Source: Synechococcus sp. A15-24 (GTDB lineage Bacteria; Cyanobacteriota; Cyanobacteriia; PCC-6307; Cyanobiaceae). Taken from it: a stretch of 32,000 nt of DNA. Below, piece after piece: positions 8,533 through 18,207 of this stretch; position 1 is the stretch's first letter, and each line of letters starts with the position of its first letter. The stretch is from positions 2,273,374-2,305,373 of the forward strand of contig NZ_CP047960.1 of assembly GCF_014280195.1 (NCBI RefSeq), read 5' to 3'. The notes below the pieces were generated by a model. It was not told where the DNA came from and searched no databases. It saw only the letters and a list, made by a program, of their open reading frames with translations. Made by a program: the position numbers and the translations under genes.

Positions 8533-9617
8533 ACCATCCGATTGCCGTTGTCGGTGCCGGGGCCCTTGGCCTTGGTACCGCCTGGCACCTGAGCGGCCTT
8601 GGCCATCCGGTGACGGTCTTTGATCCTGGCCTGACCCAACCCGTCAGCAGGACAAGCTCTTCAACCGATCTCAACGGCACCACAGCATCCCTCGGTGTGC
8701 TGATGGGACATGTGTTCCGCCGCTCCAGTGGCCGTGGCTGGCGGCTGCGCAAACGCAGCATGGAACTCTGGCCCCACTGGATCACCAAGCTGCGGCGCTT
8801 CGTCCCGGAACTGGCTCTACGAACCCCGCTGCTGCAAGTCGCAGGTGATGAAGCCAGCAGAGTTCGTTTCCACGATCTGGCCGAACAACGCCAAAAGCTT
8901 GGTCTGACCACCTTGTCCGCAGCCGAGCTGCACGGGATCTGGCCCGGGGCAGAACACGGTGGACTGCGATCTGAGCAGGACGGTCGCGTGGATCCCCTGA
9001 AGCTGCAGCAATCCCTGCGACTGGCCGTTGGAGAGCGTCAAGTGGGCCTGGTGGCTGAACCTGTGGAGGCCGTGGCGCGTAATAACGCCGGCTGGCGTGT
9101 GTGGAGGGCAGGAGGCCAGCACGACGACTTCTTTGCCGTGGTGATCTGCGCAGCCATGGCCAGCTCAGCGCTGCTGGCCCCCCTGGGTCACGACCGTCCC
9201 ATGGCACCGGTACTAGGACAGGCCCTGCGATTGGAGTTGAACAACGCAGCCATCGACTGGCACCACTGGCCCGCCGTCCTGGTGGATCAGGGCTTCAACC
9301 TGATTCCCGATGGACCGGGTCGATTGCTCCTGGGGGCCACCGTTGAACCCGGTACAGAAGCCGCAGAAGACCCCCTCGCTCTGATGCGATCCCTGCATGA
9401 CCAGGCTCCTGAATGGCTGAGATCCGCCACGGTCGTTGAGCACTGGAGTGGCCTGCGGGCCAGACCGGTGGAGCGACCGGCTCCACTCCTTGAACACGTC
9501 GAACCTGGTCTGCTGCTGGCGAGTGGTCACTACCGCAACGGCGTGCTGCTGATGCCGGCCAGTGCGGAATGGATCGCAGCTGAACTGAACCACAACCTTC
9601 CGATTACCGGCGCTTAG
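8529..9617 (+). CDS. thiO: FAD-dependent glycine oxidase-like oxidoreductase (ThiO family); start assigned to a non-canonical codon (first canonical start is GTG 8610)
   Basis: The same frame upstream of 8610 encodes (L)NHPIAVVGAGALGLGTAWHLSGLGHPVTVFDPG, a complete Rossmann GxGxxG beta-alpha-beta fold. Downstream, NGTTASLGVLMGH parallels B. subtilis ThiO TTSAAAGMLGAH. An in-frame stop lies at 8517. Confidence 0.75.
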   Translation: MNHPIAVVGAGALGLGTAWHLSGLGHPVTVFDPGLTQPVSRTSSSTDLNGTTASLGVLMGHVFRRSSGRGWRLRKRSMELWPHWITKLRRFVPELALRTPLLQVAGDEASRVRFHDLAEQRQKLGLTTLSAAELHGIWPGAEHGGLRSEQDGRVDPLKLQQSLRLAVGERQVGLVAEPVEAVARNNAGWRVWRAGGQHDDFFAVVICAAMASSALLAPLGHDRPMAPVLGQALRLELNNAAIDWHHWPAVLVDQGFNLIPDGPGRLLLGATVEPGTEAAEDPLALMRSLHDQAPEWLRSATVVEHWSGLRARPVERPAPLLEHVEPGLLLASGHYRNGVLLMPASAEWIAAELNHNLPITGA

Positions 9618-9663
9618 CCCCGCCTTCCCCTGCACTGCATACGGTCCCGATGGTCACATCCAC

Positions 9664-10686
9664 GTGCATTCGAACCCATGCGTCGTTCCAACAGCTTTCG
9701 TGCCCTGCGCCATCGCCGGCCTGAGCGCCTCCATGGCCCTCACCTCCTGCTCCAGTGGTGGCAGCGGCGGCGGCGATGACAAGGTCACCGGAAAACTCAA
9801 CGGCGCTGGCGCCTCCTTCCCGGCAGCCATCTACCAGCGCTGGTTCCAAGAACTCCAGCCGGAGGGCGTCACGGTGAACTACCAATCCGTGGGATCCGGC
9901 GCTGGCGTGCGTCAGTTCACGGCCAACACCGTGGATTTCGGTGCATCGGACAAACCGATGAAGGAAGCCGAAATCGCCAAGGTGGAGCGAGGTGTGCTGC
10001 AGATTCCGATGACGGCTGGCGCGATCGCTGTGGCCTACAACCTCGAAGGATGTGACCTCAAGCTCACCACCGAGCAACTGGCAGGAATATTCCTCGGCAA
10101 GATCAAAAACTTCAGTGAACTGGGCTGCGCAGACCAGAAACTCACCGTGGTCCGTCGCTCCGATGGTTCCGGCACCACCTACAACTTCACCAAGCACCTG
10201 TCCGCCATCAGCGAAGAGTGGAAGAACGGCCCCGGCGCCGCTAAATCCATCAAGTGGCCCACCGGTGTTGGCTCGAAAGGCAATGAGGGTGTGGCGGCCC
10301 AGCTAAATCAGATCCCAGGTGGTGTGGGCTATGTAGAAGCCGCCTACGTGAAAGGCAAGCTCCAAGTTACAGCCGTCACCAACGCCTCAGGCGAACAGGT
10401 GAAGCCCACCAACGAAACCGAGAGCGCTGCCCTCGACTCCATCGACATTGGCCCCGATCTCATCGGTGGCAACCCCACCCCCCCTGCGGGCTACCCGATC
10501 GTGACCTTCACATGGGTGCTGGCCTACGAAACGGGCAATGGCGACAAGACCGCTGCTCTGAAGAAGACCTTCGAGTTCATGCTCTCCGAGAAAGCCCAAT
10601 CCCAGGCTCCCGAGCTGGGCTACGTCAGCCTGCCGAAGGGTGTGGTGGAGAAGTCCCTGGCTGCCGTCGAAAAGATCAGCGAATGA
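9664..10686 (+). CDS. pstS: Phosphate ABC transporter substrate-binding lipoprotein PstS (orphan copy, no pstCAB adjacent)
   Basis: 340 aa with the PstS signature NGAGASFPAAIYQRWF, SDKPM and RSDGSGTT, plus lipobox L-T-S-C followed by a Gly/Ser linker. The start is uncertain (GTG 9664, GTG 9700, or out-of-frame ATG 9678; see findings). Confidence 0.9.
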   Translation: MHSNPCVVPTAFVPCAIAGLSASMALTSCSSGGSGGGDDKVTGKLNGAGASFPAAIYQRWFQELQPEGVTVNYQSVGSGAGVRQFTANTVDFGASDKPMKEAEIAKVERGVLQIPMTAGAIAVAYNLEGCDLKLTTEQLAGIFLGKIKNFSELGCADQKLTVVRRSDGSGTTYNFTKHLSAISEEWKNGPGAAKSIKWPTGVGSKGNEGVAAQLNQIPGGVGYVEAAYVKGKLQVTAVTNASGEQVKPTNETESAALDSIDIGPDLIGGNPTPPAGYPIVTFTWVLAYETGNGDKTAALKKTFEFMLSEKAQSQAPELGYVSLPKGVVEKSLAAVEKISE

Positions 10687-10712
10687 TCGTGATCTGATCG
10701 TTTCCACAACAC

Positions 10713-10743
10713 AAAAAAGGGGCCCGTATGGGCACCCTTTTTT
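10713..10743. terminator. Bidirectional rho-independent terminator shared by convergent pstS and dnaK
   Basis: AAAAAA-GGGGCCC-GTAT-GGGCACCC-TTTTTT: a 7-bp GC stem (one bulged A) with a 4-nt loop. It is flanked by A6 on one side and T6 on the other, so either strand reads hairpin plus U-tract. Confidence 0.75.
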
Positions 10744-10764
10744 GATGGCTATCAGATCAAGCGA

Positions 10765-12678
10765 TCACTTGGTTTCCGTGAACTCCGCGTCGATGACGTC
10801 ATCGCTGGCGTCACCACCGCCGGAGGCCGCGCCTGCTCCAGCGTCGCCACCGGGAGCTGCACCACCAGCAGCAGCACCTTCCTGCTGATAAACGGAGGCG
10901 CCCACGGTGTAGAGCTCCTGCTGCAATTCCTCCAGCAGGGTCTTCATCGCGTCGTAGTCCTCAGCGTTGATGGCCTCCTGAAGCTTCGTGCGCTTCTCGT
11001 CGACCTTGGCCTTGGCATCAGCCTCGACCTTGTCGCCGAGTTCGCCCATCTGCTTTTCAGCCTGATAAACAAGGGTCTCGGCCTGGTTCTTCAGGTCGAT
11101 CTTTTCGCGCTTCTCCTTGTCGGCGCTGGCGTTGGCCTCAGCGTCCTTCACCATCTTGTCCACTTCGGAATCCGAGAGGGTCGACGCACCGGTGATCGAG
11201 ATCGACTGCTCCTTGCCGCTGCCCTTGTCCTTGGCGGTGACGCTGAGGATGCCGTTGGCGTCGATGTCGAAGGTCACCTCGATCTGAGGAACACCCCGGG
11301 GAGCCGGAGGAATGCCATCGAGACGGAAGGTTCCCAGGGACTTGTTGTCGGACGCCATCTCGCGCTCACCCTGGAGCACGTGGATCTCCACGTTGGTCTG
11401 ACCATCCACAGCCGTGGAGTAGGTCTCGGTTTTCTTGGTGGGAACCGTGGTGTTGCGGGTGATCATCTTGGTCATCACACCACCGAGGGTCTCCACACCG
11501 AGGGACAGCGGTGTGACGTCAAGCAGCAGGATGTCCTTGACCTCACCAGCCAGCACACCGCCCTGAATGGCGGCGCCGACGGCAACCACCTCATCGGGGT
11601 TGACGGTCTGGTTCGGATCCTTGCTGGTGGTGCGCTTCACCAGCTCCAGCACGGCCGGGATACGGGTGGAACCACCCACCATCACGATCTCGTCCAGCTC
11701 GCTGGAGGAGAGCTTGGCGTCCTTAAGCGCCTGCTCCACAGGGATGCGGCAGCGGTCGATCAGGTTGGCGGCCAGCTCTTCGAACTTGGCACGGGTGAGG
11801 GTGAGATCCAGGTGCTTGGGACCCTCGGGCGTGGCCGTGATGAACGGCAGGTTGATCTCGCTCTGCGTGGCGCTGGACAGCTCGATCTTGGCCTTTTCAG
11901 CCGCCTCAGTCAGACGCTGCAGGGCCTGCTTGTCCTGACGCAGGTCAATGCCTTCGTTCGACTTGAAGGTCTCAGCCAGGTGATCGACGATCACTTTGTC
12001 GAAGTCATCGCCACCCAGGTGCGTATCACCGGAGGTGGAGAGCACCTCAAAGACCCCGTCACCTACCTCGAGCACGGACACGTCGAAGGTGCCGCCGCCC
12101 AGATCGAAAACAAGGATGCGCTCGTTGCTCTTCTTGTCGAGGCCATAGGCCAGAGCCGCCGCGGTGGGCTCGTTGATGATCCGCAGCACCTCGAGGCCGG
12201 CGATCTTGCCGGCATCCTTGGTGGCCTGACGCTGGGAATCGTTGAAATAAGCGGGAACGGTGATCACCGCCTGGGTGACGGTCTCACCGAGGTATTTACC
12301 GGCGTCCTCGGCCAGCTTGCGCAGCACCTGCGCAGACACCTCTTCTGGGGCGAACTGCTTGTCGAGAACCGGGCACTTCACCTTCACGTTGGCGCCGGCC
12401 TTCTCGACGCCGTAACTCACTTCCTTGGATTCCTCGTTCACTTCATCGACACGACGGCCGATGAAGCGCTTGACGGAATAAAAAGTGTTGTCCGGATTCA
12501 TCACCGCCTGACGCTTGGCGATCTGACCGACCAACTGGTCCTGGTTCTTGGTGTAAGCCACGACGGAGGGCGTGGTCCGGAAACCCTCGGCGTTCGCGAT
12601 CACGGTGGGTTTGCCACCTTCCATCACGGACACGCAACTGTTCGTGGTGCCAAGGTCAATGCCGACAACCTTGCCCAT
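10765..12678 (-). CDS. dnaK: Molecular chaperone DnaK (Hsp70)
   Basis: 637 aa with the Hsp70 signatures [19 protein letters not shown] and VGGSTRIP, and a Gly/Ala-rich acidic C-tail. Confidence 0.97.
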   Translation of the reverse strand: MGKVVGIDLGTTNSCVSVMEGGKPTVIANAEGFRTTPSVVAYTKNQDQLVGQIAKRQAVMNPDNTFYSVKRFIGRRVDEVNEESKEVSYGVEKAGANVKVKCPVLDKQFAPEEVSAQVLRKLAEDAGKYLGETVTQAVITVPAYFNDSQRQATKDAGKIAGLEVLRIINEPTAAALAYGLDKKSNERILVFDLGGGTFDVSVLEVGDGVFEVLSTSGDTHLGGDDFDKVIVDHLAETFKSNEGIDLRQDKQALQRLTEAAEKAKIELSSATQSEINLPFITATPEGPKHLDLTLTRAKFEELAANLIDRCRIPVEQALKDAKLSSSELDEIVMVGGSTRIPAVLELVKRTTSKDPNQTVNPDEVVAVGAAIQGGVLAGEVKDILLLDVTPLSLGVETLGGVMTKMITRNTTVPTKKTETYSTAVDGQTNVEIHVLQGEREMASDNKSLGTFRLDGIPPAPRGVPQIEVTFDIDANGILSVTAKDKGSGKEQSISITGASTLSDSEVDKMVKDAEANASADKEKREKIDLKNQAETLVYQAEKQMGELGDKVEADAKAKVDEKRTKLQEAINAEDYDAMKTLLEELQQELYTVGASVYQQEGAAAGGAAPGGDAGAGAASGGGDASDDVIDAEFTETK

Positions 12679-12687
12679 CGGTGGCCA

Positions 12688-12693
12688 CCTCCT
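12688..12693 (-). promoter_or_regulatory. Shine-Dalgarno AGGAGG for dnaK
   Basis: The minus strand reads AGGAGGTGGCCACCGATG: a perfect AGGAGG with a 9-nt spacer to ATG 12678. Confidence 0.55.
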
Positions 12694-12793
12694 GAAGGGA
12701 TGAACGAAACCTCGTCATCTTCATCAGGGGACCCTGCCCCAGGCGAGGTGTGGTTCCCGAACAGGCAGGCTGGGCGGGCATTCCGACGAGGCC

Positions 12794-13663
12794 ATGATCA
12801 ACGGCAGCACTGGTTTGGTGGGGCTGCTCGGCAATCCGGTACAGCACTCGCTCTCACCTGCGATGCAGAACGCGGCACTGCAGGCGCTGGGACTCAACTG
12901 GCGTTACCTGGCACTGCCCTGTGAGGAGAACGCCCTCCCACAAGTGATGGAGGGGCTCAGGGCGGTGGGCTGCCATGGCCTCAACGTGACCATTCCACAC
13001 AAACAGGCTGTGACCTGCCTTTGCAGCCAACTCAGCACAGCTGCCCGTCGGCTTCAGGCGGTCAACACGCTGATCCCCGATGGAGAGAATGGCTGGTGCG
13101 GCACCAACACGGATGTGGAGGGGTTTCTGGCACCCCTCGGCGGCAGCGAACGCTGGAGAGATCAACGGGCCGTGGTGCTCGGCTGCGGCGGTTCCGCCCG
13201 AGCTGTGGTGGCTGGCTTACAGACCCTTGGCTTGGCATCGATTCAGGTGGTCGGACGACGTTCGGAGGCGCTGTTGAACTTCATTGCTGACCTGCAGCTG
13301 GAGGACGCCCCTCTGAGCAGCTGCCTCGAAACAGATCCCGCCGTGGCTGACCTTCTGGCCACAGCTGATCTGGTGGTGAACACCACGCCGGTGGGCATGG
13401 CCCTGCACGGCGACGCCTCCGCCATGCCCCTGGGCTCTGATCTCTGGAACAGGCTTGCGAAGCAGGCCACCCTTTATGACCTGATCTACACCCCACGTCC
13501 CACCGCCTGGCTGCGTTGGGGTCAGGGGCGGGGGCACCGATGCATCGATGGGCTGGAAATGCTGGTGCAGCAGGGCGCCGCATCCCTGAGGCTTTGGAGC
13601 GGCGTCAATGACGTTCCCGTGGACAGCATGCGCCACGCGGCTGAAACCGCTTTGAGCCATTAG
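12794..13663 (+). CDS. aroE: Shikimate 5-dehydrogenase
   Basis: 289 aa with the AroE motifs GLLGNPVQHSLSPAMQN, NVTIPHK, NTD(V)EG and GCGGSARAV. Confidence 0.92.
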   Translation: MINGSTGLVGLLGNPVQHSLSPAMQNAALQALGLNWRYLALPCEENALPQVMEGLRAVGCHGLNVTIPHKQAVTCLCSQLSTAARRLQAVNTLIPDGENGWCGTNTDVEGFLAPLGGSERWRDQRAVVLGCGGSARAVVAGLQTLGLASIQVVGRRSEALLNFIADLQLEDAPLSSCLETDPAVADLLATADLVVNTTPVGMALHGDASAMPLGSDLWNRLAKQATLYDLIYTPRPTAWLRWGQGRGHRCIDGLEMLVQQGAASLRLWSGVNDVPVDSMRHAAETALSH

Positions 13664-13689
13664 CGTCAGCAAATTCATCAGGGCCGACG

Positions 13690-14172
13690 ATGGAACCCCC
13701 CCTCTGGCAGCGACTGGTCGCGCCATTGATGTACCTACTGCCCTGGAGTGATGCCATTCCGCTTGGATTCGGCCCCGACGGACTGTTTCTTCAGTATCCA
13801 GTCCTGAGACCATTGGTTTTACCCGCTTTGCCGCTGATGCAGCTGGAGCGCAGCATTCCTTTTGGTCTCGGGGGCCTTTTGCTGTTCTTCGTGCTGTTCC
13901 TCGCCGTGGTGCGGAATCCAAACGTCCCTTATTTCCTGCGCTTCAACGCCCTGCAGGCACTGCTCACCGACATCGCGCTGATCGTGTTGAGCATCGGCTT
14001 CCGCCTGTTGCTGCAACCCATCGCAGCAGGCAGCCTGCTGCTGGGCACCCTTTCCAGCGCCGTGGTCGTTGCCGTTCTGGCCATCCTGCTCTTCTCGCTC
14101 GTGGAATGCCTGCGAGGCCGCGAACCTGATCTGCCCGGCATCAGCCAGGCTGTTCGGATGCAGCTCTATTGA
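13690..14172 (+). CDS. Small polytopic membrane protein, Tic20-like family
   Basis: 160 aa with four predicted TM segments. [11 protein letters not shown] and [16 protein letters not shown] resemble cyanobacterial Tic20 homologues. The assignment is from memory only. Confidence 0.55.
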   Translation: MEPPLWQRLVAPLMYLLPWSDAIPLGFGPDGLFLQYPVLRPLVLPALPLMQLERSIPFGLGGLLLFFVLFLAVVRNPNVPYFLRFNALQALLTDIALIVLSIGFRLLLQPIAAGSLLLGTLSSAVVVAVLAILLFSLVECLRGREPDLPGISQAVRMQLY

Positions 14173-14248
14173 TCCGGGAGGTCCGGGGGATAAGGTGTTG
14201 GATCCGTCGCTCACCACGGTGAGCCTGAAGTCCCCGCCGGCACAGCCC

Positions 14249-14632
14249 ATGACGCTCGATCCGTACTACGAAACCATGTACATCCTTCGTCCGGATATTC
14301 CGGAGGAGGAGGTTGAGAGCCATCTCACCAAATACCGCGACATGCTGGTTGAAGTTGGCGCGGATGTTTTGGATAACCAGATGCGCGGGAAGCGCCGCCT
14401 GGCCTATCCGATCGACAAGCACAAGGAAGGCATCTACGTGCAACTGAGCCACAACGGCGATGGCCAGCAGGTGGCTGTGCTGGAAAAAGCGATGCGCCTC
14501 AGTGAAGACGTGATCCGTTACCTCACGGTGAAGCAGGAAGGCCCACTTCCCGCCCCACGCGTCGTCCCGGGCAGTGAGCCCGCTGCCGCTCCTCAGGAGC
14601 AGCCCGCAGCCAACTCAGAAGCCGCTTCCTGA
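14249..14632 (+). CDS. rpsF: 30S ribosomal protein S6
   Basis: [37 protein letters not shown] is a canonical S6 sequence. The track ORF starts at 14069, but the extra 60 codons overlap the preceding gene and are not S6-like, so ATG 14249 is chosen. Confidence 0.93.
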   Translation: MTLDPYYETMYILRPDIPEEEVESHLTKYRDMLVEVGADVLDNQMRGKRRLAYPIDKHKEGIYVQLSHNGDGQQVAVLEKAMRLSEDVIRYLTVKQEGPLPAPRVVPGSEPAAAPQEQPAANSEAAS

Positions 14633-14644
14633 CACGGTTGTTCT

Positions 14645-14678
14645 GGTCATGGACCGGCGATAGCGTCAGTCCATGACC
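14645..14678 (+). other. Perfect 10-bp stem-loop immediately after the rpsF stop, enclosing the ATG of the next ORF
   Basis: GGTCATGGAC (14645..14654) pairs with GTCCATGACC (14669..14678) across a 14-nt loop. ATG 14673..14675 lies inside the 3' arm. Confidence 0.65.
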
Positions 14679-14912
14679 CAGGACGCCAAGCAGCATCAAG
14701 CTCCGATACCTCGCTGGATGCCGCAGGCACCTCGCTCAACAGATCATCAACTGCTGCAACGTCGCATTGATGAACTGGAAGAGCAGATCAAGGTCTATGA
14801 ACTACTCCTGGACGAGTTGCCGGAGTTGTTCGAGCGCAAGTTCCAGCAACCTCTCGAACCGTTGATGGAGCGTCCAACTGCTAGCTCAGCAGTTGGACGC
14901 TCCTCCGGATGA
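14673..14912 (+). CDS. Hypothetical small protein with predicted coiled-coil
   Basis: 79-aa ORF with the heptad-like segment QLLQRRIDELEEQIKVYELLLDELPELFERKF. No family was recognised. Its last 15 codons are encoded by a perfect palindrome, so the real C-terminus, or coding status itself, is uncertain. Confidence 0.45.
   Translation: MTQDAKQHQAPIPRWMPQAPRSTDHQLLQRRIDELEEQIKVYELLLDELPELFERKFQQPLEPLMERPTASSAVGRSSG
14867..14903. other. Perfect 15-bp stem-loop (candidate bidirectional terminator or RNA-stability element between the convergent small ORF and argG)
   Basis: GGAGCGTCCAACTGC (14867..14881), loop TAGCTCA, GCAGTTGGACGCTCC (14889..14903). No U-tract follows on either strand. Confidence 0.7.
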
Positions 14913-15030
14913 TCATGACCACCCCGCCCTGCCGCCTTCAAAAGTGCAGAGCGCGGGGGATCGATCGGACAATGTGATCGGATTCCCCCAGTTCCGGCTA
15001 CCGAAACTTCCAGGATTCGGTCAGCGGCGC

Positions 15031-16241
<1,211 letters not shown>

Positions 16242-16242
<1 letters not shown>

Positions 16243-16493
16243 CAACGGGTCTCCTGATCAGAATCGATTGATTCTCCCCCTTCACCGTCCCCGGGCCGTG
16301 CTGCCGACAGCAGCACCCACCCCGCCATCAGCAACGCCGGCAGCAGCACGATGGTCATAACAACAGCCCAGGGCGCCTGCAGCGGAGCTAGGTGCTGATC
16401 ACCCCAGAAGCGCAGACCCCAGCTGATCACCAACGCCGAACCCCAGCTGATCAATAGCGCCACGACATCACGCATGGTCGTCATCAAGGGCAT
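16242..16493 (-). CDS. Hypothetical small membrane protein (2 TM, acidic C-tail), stop overlapping the argG start
   Basis: 83-aa ORF. Its TGA (16244..16242) overlaps the argG ATG (16242..16240) as TGATG. It has two hydrophobic segments and an internal ISWG repeat. Confidence 0.5.
16416..16453. repeat. Tandem direct repeat: 14-mer ACCCCAGCTGATCA twice with a 24-bp period
   Basis: Copies lie at 16416..16429 and 16440..16453, with a degenerate third copy (GCTGATCACCCCAG) near 16394. The repeat encodes the [14 protein letters not shown] repeat of the minus-strand small ORF. Confidence 0.8.
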
Positions 16494-16528
16494 GAACTAT
16501 GTTGGTGGATTGGACTGTCTCCTCAACG

Positions 16529-16780
16529 ATGAGCGCTCTCGACAGCATCAACCCCTCCCTGACGCGCTACGGACGCAGGGATCCGGCCCCGGTGCTGCCC
16601 CTGCGTGAGGAGCCTGATCTTCTGAGTTGGCTCGAGGCCAGCGGCCGGCTTGTGGCTGATGAAGAATCCGGTTCTCCCGAAGTGAGCACGGTTGAAGAGG
16701 AGGAGCTCTCAGCACTGATGGGTGAGAAGGAGGATTACAACAACGCTGACGAGCAGAACGAGGAGCAGTGGGAGGACTGA
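16529..16780 (+). CDS. Small acidic cyanobacterial protein (DUF3134-like)
   Basis: MSALDSINPSLTRYGRRDPAPVLPLREEPDLLSWLEASGRLVADEE followed by a Glu/Asp-rich tail resembles my recollection of DUF3134 proteins. The track start at 16499 would lie 5 bp from the divergent start at 16493, so ATG 16529 is preferred. Confidence 0.55.
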   Translation: MSALDSINPSLTRYGRRDPAPVLPLREEPDLLSWLEASGRLVADEESGSPEVSTVEEEELSALMGEKEDYNNADEQNEEQWED

Positions 16781-16848
16781 CATCCGGTCCTTGTCTGGTC
16801 GGTTTCGGACAGCTCCTCTAGGGTCCCAGCGCACCGGCCACTTCAGTC

Positions 16849-17955
16849 GTGACTGACGTCAGCAACCGTCCTCGCACCTGGTGGGAGAACGGATCCGTCA
16901 GTGCATCACTTCTGACTGTTGTGGTTCTGGCAGGCAGCCTGGCCTCTGATAAATGGGTACCGAACAGCCAGCTGACGCTGCCTCTGCTGATCTCAACCGC
17001 CGTGGCCGCTCTGGTGGCCGCGGCGGGAATCCCGCGCCTCAAAGCCCTGAAGGTGGGTCAGGTGATTCGGGTTGAAGGACCTCAAGCCCATCAGTCCAAG
17101 GCAGGCACCCCAACAATGGGAGGGCTTTTGGTGGTGCCCGTGGGCACGATCATCGGGGGGCTGATCAGCCTGGAGGGCACAGCAGCTCAGCAGCTGCTGG
17201 CTGTTTCCACCATCACCTTGGGCTACATGGTGATCGGTGGTTTTGATGATTGGCGCAGCCTCACACGCCAAACCAACACCGGCCTCACACCCCGCGGCAA
17301 GTTACTGCTGCAAAGCCTGATGGGGGTTCTCTTCCTCGCCGTGGCGGCATGGCAGGGCTGGATCAGCAGCAGCGTGTCCCTGCCCTTCGATTGGAGCCTG
17401 CCGATCGGTTGGCTGATCTGGCCCCTGGGACTGTTTGTGTTCCTGGCCGAAAGCAATGCCACCAACCTCACCGATGGACTGGATGGGCTGGCCAGCGGTT
17501 GCGGCGCTCTGGTGTTCCTGGGAATGGCTGTGCAGTTGATGCTCAGGGGACACACCGGTGATCCGGCGCTGGCGGGCTTCTGCATGGCCATGGCCGGCGC
17601 CTGGCTCGGCTTCCTGATGCATAACCGCCACCCGGCGCGGGCATTTATGGGGGACACCGGCTCCCTTGCCATGGGAGCTGCCCTCAGTGGCGTGGCCCTG
17701 CTGTCGAACAGTCTTTGGCCTCTGCTGGTGATGGGCGGGGTCTTCCTGGCGGAGTCCCTGTCAGTGATCATTCAGGTGTGGGTGTTCAAAGCCACCAAAG
17801 GACCGGACGGTCAAGGGCGACGCGTGTTCCGGATGGCCCCCCTGCACCATCACTTCGAACTGGGGGGCACCAGCGAACGCGCAGTGGTGCCATGCTTCTG
17901 GCTCGTCACGGCCGGCTTCGTGCTGCTGGGGCTACTGCTTCGACCGACCATCTGA
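16849..17955 (+). CDS. mraY: Phospho-N-acetylmuramoyl-pentapeptide transferase
   Basis: 368 aa, polytopic, with [30 protein letters not shown] and PLHHHFE motifs. Confidence 0.95.
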   Translation: MTDVSNRPRTWWENGSVSASLLTVVVLAGSLASDKWVPNSQLTLPLLISTAVAALVAAAGIPRLKALKVGQVIRVEGPQAHQSKAGTPTMGGLLVVPVGTIIGGLISLEGTAAQQLLAVSTITLGYMVIGGFDDWRSLTRQTNTGLTPRGKLLLQSLMGVLFLAVAAWQGWISSSVSLPFDWSLPIGWLIWPLGLFVFLAESNATNLTDGLDGLASGCGALVFLGMAVQLMLRGHTGDPALAGFCMAMAGAWLGFLMHNRHPARAFMGDTGSLAMGAALSGVALLSNSLWPLLVMGGVFLAESLSVIIQVWVFKATKGPDGQGRRVFRMAPLHHHFELGGTSERAVVPCFWLVTAGFVLLGLLLRPTI

Positions 17956-17958
17956 GCA

Positions 17959-18207
17959 ATGACTTACTTCACATGGCGGGAATCCGGTCTCACCACGGAC
18001 TGCGCCAGCCTGGAGGCGATGGCGGCACGGTTTGAGGAGTCCGCCAGCCTGATGCGACGCATCGCGGAGGAGGGGTTCCGCCTCGAGCGCGATGGCGACC
18101 AACAACGGATCACCCATCCCGATCCCTCGGTGTTCGAAGCCTGGGGATTCGTCAGTGAAGAATCTCCTGTTCGCCAGCTCACACTGATCCCGGATCTGGA
18201 CACCTGA
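17959..18207 (+). CDS. Hypothetical soluble protein
   Basis: 82-aa ORF starting 3 nt after the mraY stop, with codon usage like its neighbours. No family was recognised. Confidence 0.6.
   Translation: MTYFTWRESGLTTDCASLEAMAARFEESASLMRRIAEEGFRLERDGDQQRITHPDPSVFEAWGFVSEESPVRQLTLIPDLDT

Noticed and set aside
9605-9663. Possible Pho box upstream of pstS (CTTAGCCC at 9612 and CTTCCCCT at 9623, 11-bp phasing)
   Set aside because: These are only loose matches to the cyanobacterial PyTTAAPyPy(T/A) repeat, with two or more mismatches per half-site including the conserved AA. The first repeat also overlaps the thiO stop codon. This is not distinguishable from chance.
11380-12924. 514-aa ORF antisense to dnaK, extending into the aroE 5' region
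   Set aside because: It lies wholly opposite a highly conserved Hsp70 gene, and the product is Gly/Leu/His/Arg-rich low-complexity sequence with no recognisable motif. Long stop-free antisense frames are expected at about 60% GC and are a well-known feature of hsp70 genes.
14069-14248. 60-codon N-terminal extension of the rpsF ORF
   Set aside because: It overlaps the 3' end of the Tic20-like gene in another frame. S6 proteins begin at the [12 protein letters not shown] position, which is ATG 14249.
14913-15030. Candidate sRNA or terminator in the argG 3' spacer: imperfect GGGGGATC..GGATTCCCCC hairpin with an internal GATCGGA direct repeat, and ACCGAA-N10-TTCGGT
   Set aside because: The stems are imperfect or short, and I recognised no promoter-like element or known Yfr-type motif (for example ACTCCTCACAC). 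It is most simply the argG 3' UTR and terminator region.
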